Translations under genes and position numbers: made by a program | In this document: positions 57,280 to 64,000 of the stretch, one piece after another | How positions within the stretch are numbered: position 1 is the stretch's first letter | Layout: every line of letters begins with the position of its first letter | NCBI RefSeq assembly: GCF_009914755.1 | Contig: NC_060926.1 | Strand: one strand, 5' to 3' | Source: the human T2T-CHM13v2.0 reference genome, Homo sapiens | Length of the DNA stretch: 64,000 nt | Notes under the pieces: model-generated | The model's input: only the letters and a program-made list of their open reading frames with translations | The model's database searches: none | What the model was told of the DNA's origin: nothing

Positions 57280-57519
57280 TTTCTTTAAAATATTTAATTA
57301 GTACATGAAAACCTACTCTAGTTCTTAAGATGATAACTGGTTTTACCTTCATTTTTTTAAATCAATATATGTAATTTAGTGATTATGCTAGTGTTGAATA
57401 ACAGTATTTTCTGTAAATTAATACTCAGAAAAGTGTTATCAGAGCCATATTTCATAATTTAGCTTACTAATTAGAAGAAGATTCAAACTATTTACTAGAA
57501 CAAACTGAGTTGATTTTTT

Positions 57520-57854
<335 letters not shown>

Positions 57855-57899
57855 CTGAGTTGATATTTTAATCTCATCCTCATACAGCCCGTCCGTGGC

Positions 57900-58062
57900 C
57901 ACCATTTACTAAGTGCTTACTGTGGGCCAGGTACTAGTCTATGCTGGCATTTTATAAATATTATCTCTAATAATCACAGCAACTGAAAAGTTAGGAAAAG
58001 TTACTATTACACTATTTGACAGATGAGAAAACTGAGATTTGGAAAGGCTAAGTCACTTGCTA
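57900..58062 (-). mobile_element. MIR
   Basis: catttactaagtgcttactgtgggccagg...acagatgagaaaactgag. Confidence 0.8.
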
Positions 58063-58544
58063 TAACATATAACTTTAATCCATTATTAACTACTATCAAC
58101 TCATAAGTAGCCTAACCATTTTTTAAAAAATCTTGTACCTTATGACAAAAAAAAAACAACACATTTTCTTCTTTAAGCAGCTATTGGGGAAGAGTCCCAT
58201 TTAACTCCCTTATCTAATAATCACCTATAAAATTATCAGGAAGGCCAACATTATGTGCTGGACTGGTGAGTAACTTTTTGCACAAAGTGAGGAAGGCAGG
58301 ATCGAAGCAGTCTGTTCTGAAGGGATGTCTAGTTGAATGGTCTGGTTTATTCTCCTGTCCAGTTGGTTTCCAACATCCTTCAGGATGTGAGGCTGTCTCT
58401 GCACATTTAGCTATCTTGCTCTGGTCTGTTAAGACAACCTCCTAGCCTTGTTTAAAGGCCATTTTAATTCCAGGATCTTTGAAAACCATGCCGTGGAATC
58501 CTGAATCCCTGTTAGAGAAGATAAAAAAAAAAAAAAAAGGAAAA

Positions 58545-58935
58545 CAGGATTCAATTCAATGCTGGATTGCTCAGCACCAGCTAAATAAAAAGCACTGCTT
58601 TAATGCTTTAAGGGTAGAAAGTTGAAAAGGGAATCGACATAGTTCTTGTCATCCATGAGTAGTCTGTGGGAGTATATAGGTAGATATGGTAATGACTACA
58701 ATAGCCAAACTGATCTAAGATGGTATGATGGGGGGATAAAGGAGGGAGAAATTAATTATAACTGGGAGACCAAAGAAAGCATAACAGGGGAAGTAGGATT
58801 TGAAAGCCCATTGGTGGCAGGCAAAACCCTGACCAATGAGCTCAGGGAAGGATACAACAGACAGAAGACAGAATGCATTGCACAAAGAAAAACAGAAACA
58901 GAAAATGATGTGGGTCAAAGTCAGGGAGTGATGTA
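58545..58935 (-). mobile_element. L2 fragment
   Basis: attcaattcaa start; purine-rich decayed L2-like body. Confidence 0.5.
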
Positions 58936-59183
58936 AGGGGAAGAAGTTATCCCAGAGACTGGGGGAAGACACAACAACAAGACGGCTCCATCAGGGTCTG
59001 ACAACAAGGTTCTAGGGCAGAATAAATTACTTTCACCAAATGTATTCACTGGATGATACTAGGGCTTCAGTAGCCCAAATAACCTCCAACTTTAAGTATA
59101 GTAAAGTCAGGCATTAATTAGAGCTAGAGGAGACCCTAGAGATCATCTTGTCTAACCCCTTCCTATCTGTGTGTGTGTGTGTA

Positions 59184-59619
59184 CAGTTGACTCTTGAACA
59201 AACAGGTTTGAACTGCGTGGGTCCACTTATATGTGGATTTTCTTCTGCCTCTTCCACTTCAAGACAGCAAGACCCACTGCTCTTCTTTTTCTTCCTCCTT
59301 AGCTTACTCAGTGTGAAGACAACAAAGACGTAGACCTTTATAATGACCCACTTCCACTTAATGACTAGTTAAGATATTTTCTCTTTCTCTTAATTATCAT
59401 TTTCTTAATAGTTTCTTTTCTCTAGCTTACATTATTGTAAGAATATAGTATATAATACATGTAACATAAAAATATGTGTGAATCGACTGTTATTTATAAG
59501 GCTTCCAGTCAACAGTAGGCTATTAGCAGTTAAGTTTAATGGAGTTAAAAGTTATATGCAGATTTTTTACTATGTGGGGGTCATCACCCCTTACTCCTGT
59601 GTTGTGGGAGGGTCAACTA
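59184..59619 (+). mobile_element. Tigger2a (MER28) MITE
   Basis: ta|cagttgactcttgaaca...gagggtcaacta. Confidence 0.9.
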
Positions 59620-60107
59620 CATATATAAATATGCAACCACTGCAATCCTAAGAAGTTAACATGACAATGACTGCACTGGGATGGGACCAGCATTCACGTC
59701 TCCTCAAATTCTTAGGAATAAATTTATATAGTTTGGTAGACTTCAGTAATTCTCTGGAAGACTGTGTCTGATGTATGTTAGGCAAAGTCTTGTCTGGAAT
59801 TAAGACACTTCCTTCTGTGTGAGAATTATCCCCCACTCCGGGGTTAGGAGTACAGTGGCAGACTCCTTGGTACTACAGACCATCAAAAGATTAACCAGGG
59901 GACTCTGGCCAATGGAGCTGTTTGGAAATGTCCTGGGATATATGGTGGGAATTACTATTTTCAAGACATACTTTAAGATTTAAAAACGTATAAAAGAATG
60001 TGGCCCTAAGTGTGTCACCTTACGATTGGTATACAGGGAGTATATATGCTTTACCTTTGACTTCTCCAAAATGAATGATCTTGGAAAAGTGAATAAAAGA
60101 AGAAAGG

Positions 60108-60460
60108 TATATTAGCCCATTCTCACACTGCTGATAAAGACATACCTGAGACTAGGTAATTTATAAAGAAAAAGAGGTTTAATGGACTCACGTGACAGGA
60201 AGGCCTCACAGTCATGGCAGAAGGTAAAGGCACATCTTACATGGTGGCATACAAGAGAGAATAAGAGTCAAGCAAAAGGGGGTTTCCCCTTATAAAACCA
60301 TAAGATCTTGTGAGACTTATTCACTACCACGAGAACAGTATGGGGGAAACCACCTCCATGATTCCATTATCTCCCACAGGGTCCCTACCACAACATATGG
60401 GAATTATGGGAGCTACAATTCAAGATAAGATTTGGGTGGGGACACAGCCAAACCATATCA
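60108..60460 (-). mobile_element. THE1B solo LTR
   Basis: ctgctgataaagacatacctgagact...gacacagccaaaccatatca; TSD aaa(g/t)g. Confidence 0.93.
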
Positions 60461-60945
60461 AAATGGGTGCTTAGAACATGCCTCTACAACTGCATGGACC
60501 CTGCCTCCACCTGACTGCTGGTGTAGCAGACGTTTCCTCAGGTTGTAAGGTCTGCCATTTAGATCACTGCACAGACACTCACCTCTTATTGAGTTAAAAA
60601 GAACAGTGAAGAAAAGGAGAGATGAGTATGAATAATGGTTTTTAATGAGTTGTATGGTCCTTTAGAGGGACAAGGTGCACTTTTCACTACTACTTACTAT
60701 TTCCTGCCCACTTGCATTTCCCTACATGAGGCCAATTGTAAAAATTTTTCAGGAATAAAATTTTATTACCCTGGGGTAAATAGGGAAAAAATGATTCTAG
60801 GTAAGATAACCATTTGTGTGTATGACACATGAGGGATGTATCAAACATGGGTGGCACAAATCAGAAGCTACTTGTGATGGTTAATTTTATATGTCAACTT
60901 GACTGGGCCATCGGGTGCCCAAATATTCAGTGAAACATTATTCTG

Positions 60946-61146
60946 GGCCAGGTGCAGTGGCACAAAATGGCAGTCCCAGCTATCTGGGAGGCTGAGGCAG
61001 GAGGATCGCTTCATCCCAGGAGTTTGAGGCTGTGGTGCACTATGGTGTGCGATGATAGTGCCTGTGAATGGCCTCTGTACTCCACCCTGAGCAACATAGT
61101 GAGATGCTGTCTCTAAAATTAATTAAAATTGTTAAAAAAAAAAAAA
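60946..61146 (+). mobile_element. FAM inside MLT2B
   Basis: gtgcctgtgaatggcctctgtactcca; TSD acattattctgg. Confidence 0.85.
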
Positions 61147-61163
61147 CCACATTATTCTGGGTG

Positions 61164-61166
<3 letters not shown>

Positions 61167-61200
<34 letters not shown>
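61167..61200 (+). repeat. (TG)n microsatellite
   Basis: Direct reading. Confidence 0.95.
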
Positions 61201-61205
<5 letters not shown>

Positions 61206-62090
61206 TTTTTTTGGATGAGATTAACATTTAAATGGGTAGACTGAATAAATTGATTACCCTCCCTAAGATGGGTGGACCTCATCCATCAGTTGAAGGCCTA
61301 AATAGAACAAAAGGGCTAACTCTCCCACAAATAAGAGAATTTTGTCTGCCTAATTGCCTTTAAACTGGAACATCAGCTTTTTCCTGTCTTTGGACTCAAA
61401 CTGAAACATCACCTCTTCCTGGGCCTCAAGTACACTTCAGGCCTTCAGACTGGAACTGCATCGTTGGCTCTCCTGATCTTTGGGCCCTTGGACTTGGACT
61501 GGTTCCACACCATTGGCTCTCCTGGGTCTCTGGTTTACCAACTCACCCTGCAGAGCTTGGAACTTGCCAGCCTCCACAATTGCGTGAACTAGTTCCTTAT
61601 AATAAATCTCCACAACCTATTGGTTCTGTTTCTCTGGAGAACCTTGACTAATACAATACTCTAGGTATTTGAAGTAGCAAGAGGTTTAGTACAGGGATTA
61701 GAAGCTCATTACCCATTTGAAAGACTAGGGGGACCGTTAATTATGGAATCCACTGCTGACGTTTAGGTAATCAGAAAATAAAGGAATCACGGGATCCTGT
61801 GGTGATTCACAGGAAGTGGGTGCTCCACAGCAAGGCACCCAAAAGCTGCTGGCCAAGCCCCATGTCTGTCATCTGCTGAGGTTCTCACGTGAGGCTGCCC
61901 ATGCTGTGGAAGCAAAACAGCTTCTGCTTTTCTCTCCCCTTCAAATATCACTCCGCATCTCCCAGGGAGGAATCTAAACTGGAACTCTGCCAATAAGAGT
62001 GAGTTTGAGAAACGTAGTTTTTAGGCCTCCAGCCCCTGTAATAATTGGAAGAGCTTGGAAGAATCATAAATAAAACCTCAGTGAATAAAA

Positions 62091-62153
62091 AACTTTTGTT
62101 CTACTCTTTCCCCTCTTCTCGCTACTGCACTTAACTAGTCTTAAAAAAAAAAA
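62091..62153 (+). pseudogene. 5'-truncated Y1 RNA retrocopy plus A11 tail
   Basis: ttgttctactctttcccctcttctcgctactgcacttaactagtctt matches the 3' half of recalled hY1. Confidence 0.85.
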
Positions 62154-62156
62154 GGG

Positions 62157-62310
62157 GTAGGGTCCAAAGGTAGTGAGTTAAGGCAATTGATTGTTCATAG
62201 TCAGTTACAGATTTAACTCCTTGTTCTACTCTTTCCTTTCTTCTCACTACTACGCATGACTAGTTTTAAATATATATATATATATAAAATAAATAAAGTA
62301 AAATAAAAAC
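62157..62310 (+). pseudogene. Near full-length Y1 RNA (RNY1-derived) retropseudogene with A/TA-rich tail
   Basis: ggtccaaaggtagtgagtta...caattgattgttcatagtcagttacagat...ccttgttctactctttcc...gactagtttt. Confidence 0.92.
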
Positions 62311-63905
62311 AAATTGATAGGATGAAATCTCATTGACCTGAATAACAACAACATCAACAAGATTTATTCCTTCATCAGACACAGCAAAGGCACACATTTT
62401 AGCTGTGATGGCAACAGCAGGTGGTGTGGAGACTCCTACCTGTTGACTCTGTGAAGTGATACCCAGAACCAGCACTGTGATTCAGTAGCAAAGCCACGTT
62501 CTCCTGGAAGTCCATAAGGCACCATCAGCCTTCCTGGTTCTCAGGCCTTTGGACTGGGAGATGTTCACTGTTTCTATGTATGTCAGTGACATTTGAACAG
62601 ATTCAGCTATACCATTTCCCTGACACCAAAGTGAAAATTAACCAAGTATAAAAAAAGAAGTGGAAAATTTAAGCCAGACCAGGGAGAAGATTTTGCATAC
62701 ACTAAAAGGTGGAACAAGCTCCTGGTTCTTAGGAAATTAATAAATAGCTCACTTCTGTCAAAGCAGTCAGCAAAACAACTAAAAGAACTCTGTAGCATGG
62801 AGAGTATATGGTATATGGTCAACAAATCCACATACCAATTACTACACGTAGACAAAAGGTGTTTACCACAGTTAATAAATTCAATTCATGATGAGATTGT
62901 GGATGTATAAAGCTCCGTAAGTGTTTATTAATCAGGCAATACATTGGTATTTTAATGTGGCATAATGTCAACAATAAAACACATTGTAAAAGCTCTAAAT
63001 ATTCAAGCCCCTAGAACATGTAGGTAACATATGCAAATTAGAAATCAGAGTGTGTCTGATTGTCCTGTTGGTCTCCTGTTACCACTTCACTGTTCATGAA
63101 GGCTCTCCTTCACTGCATGCTGACCACAGAGGTTAGTGATAAGGAGGGTTTTATGGCATGCAAACAAAGCTGTTAATTTCACCTAATAGAATGGTTACAA
63201 CTATGAATTAGCCTAATGATGCAGGGGAAATCATCTCTACAATGGCGCAGATAGGAAAATGTTTGGAGATCTGCAGAAATTCCTATTACAGTTAAAGTAA
63301 GGAAGAAAGAAGCATCTCATTAACTTCCTAAAATGACCCTTCAAGAAAGGTATCCTAATTGTCTAGATAGTTAACCTGGGGCACAGAGAAGGAAACAGAA
63401 ATGCCCAAGGACTAGGAGACCTGGGTTTGAATCCAAGTGTGCCTGACTCAAACCTGCTCCACCAGTTCATGTTGCCCCTCAGCATTATTAGTAATAGAAA
63501 GGGCATTATTAGCAATAAAAAGAAGCCTGTTATTAGCAATGAGAAAGCACTATGCACGAAAATTATAAACTAGTATTCTGTTAATTATTCTTCTGAGTAG
63601 ATAAGTATTTGTTATTTAAGTAAGACTACATACCTTATTAAAGTTTCCAGTAAACATATTGACTCCCCTTGAGAGAAGCTGCTGCAAATGTCAAGATGGG
63701 TAAAATTTAAACACACATAAGGAAATTCAGATACAGGATTGTTTGCTAACAGACACTAATTATACTAAAAAAGGCAAGAAGATTTGGAGACCAAACATAT
63801 GACTAAATTAGATGATACAGATGCCGCTGCAGTCTCTTCCACTGCATTCTAGATTCTAGGCGGAGGACTGTTGATTTCTTTTTGGATTGAATGTTGAGAC
63901 TCTTC

Positions 63906-64000
63906 TGATATGGTTTGGCTTGTGTCCCCACCCAAATCTTGAATTGTAGCTCCCAAAATTCTCACGTGTTGTGAGAGGGACCCGGTGGGAGATAATCGAG
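63906..64000 (+). mobile_element. THE1 (B-like) LTR, running off the window
   Basis: tgatatggtttggcttgtgtccccacccaaatcttgaattgtagctccc. Confidence 0.9.

Larger units (their letters stand above)
60873..61655 (+). mobile_element. MLT2B-like ERVL LTR
   Basis: tgtgatggttaattttatatgtcaacttgactgg...ctggagaaccttgactaataca; TSD (c/a)tact. Confidence 0.88.

Overview
Primate (human-like), AT-rich, repeat-dense DNA that reads as intergenic or deep intronic. I recognise no protein-coding exon, CpG island, rRNA or tRNA. The ORF-track entries are mostly Alu, L1 or Tigger read-throughs or chance ORFs. The window is a stack of nested transposable elements: Alu/FAM/FLAM/FRAM, L1PA/L1MA/L1MC-ME, MaLR/ERV LTRs, Tigger2a, Tigger4, hAT MERs, MIR and L2. 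Main signals: (1) a very decayed Ty3/Gypsy retrotransposon on the minus strand (~6.2-17.0 kb) whose gag, protease, RT, RNase H and integrase motifs survive in canonical order between younger insertions; (2) a ~190-bp L1P patch apparently copied from an inverted L1PA ~4.7 kb away; (3) a head-to-tail pair of Y1-RNA retrocopies; (4) an internally deleted L1PA that keeps its 5'UTR and an open ORF0; (5) a foreign genomic fragment inside a Tigger4 transposase; (6) several ultra-short poly(A)+TSD insertions. Subfamily names come from recalled consensus sequences, not from a search. Boundaries of old elements are approximate.
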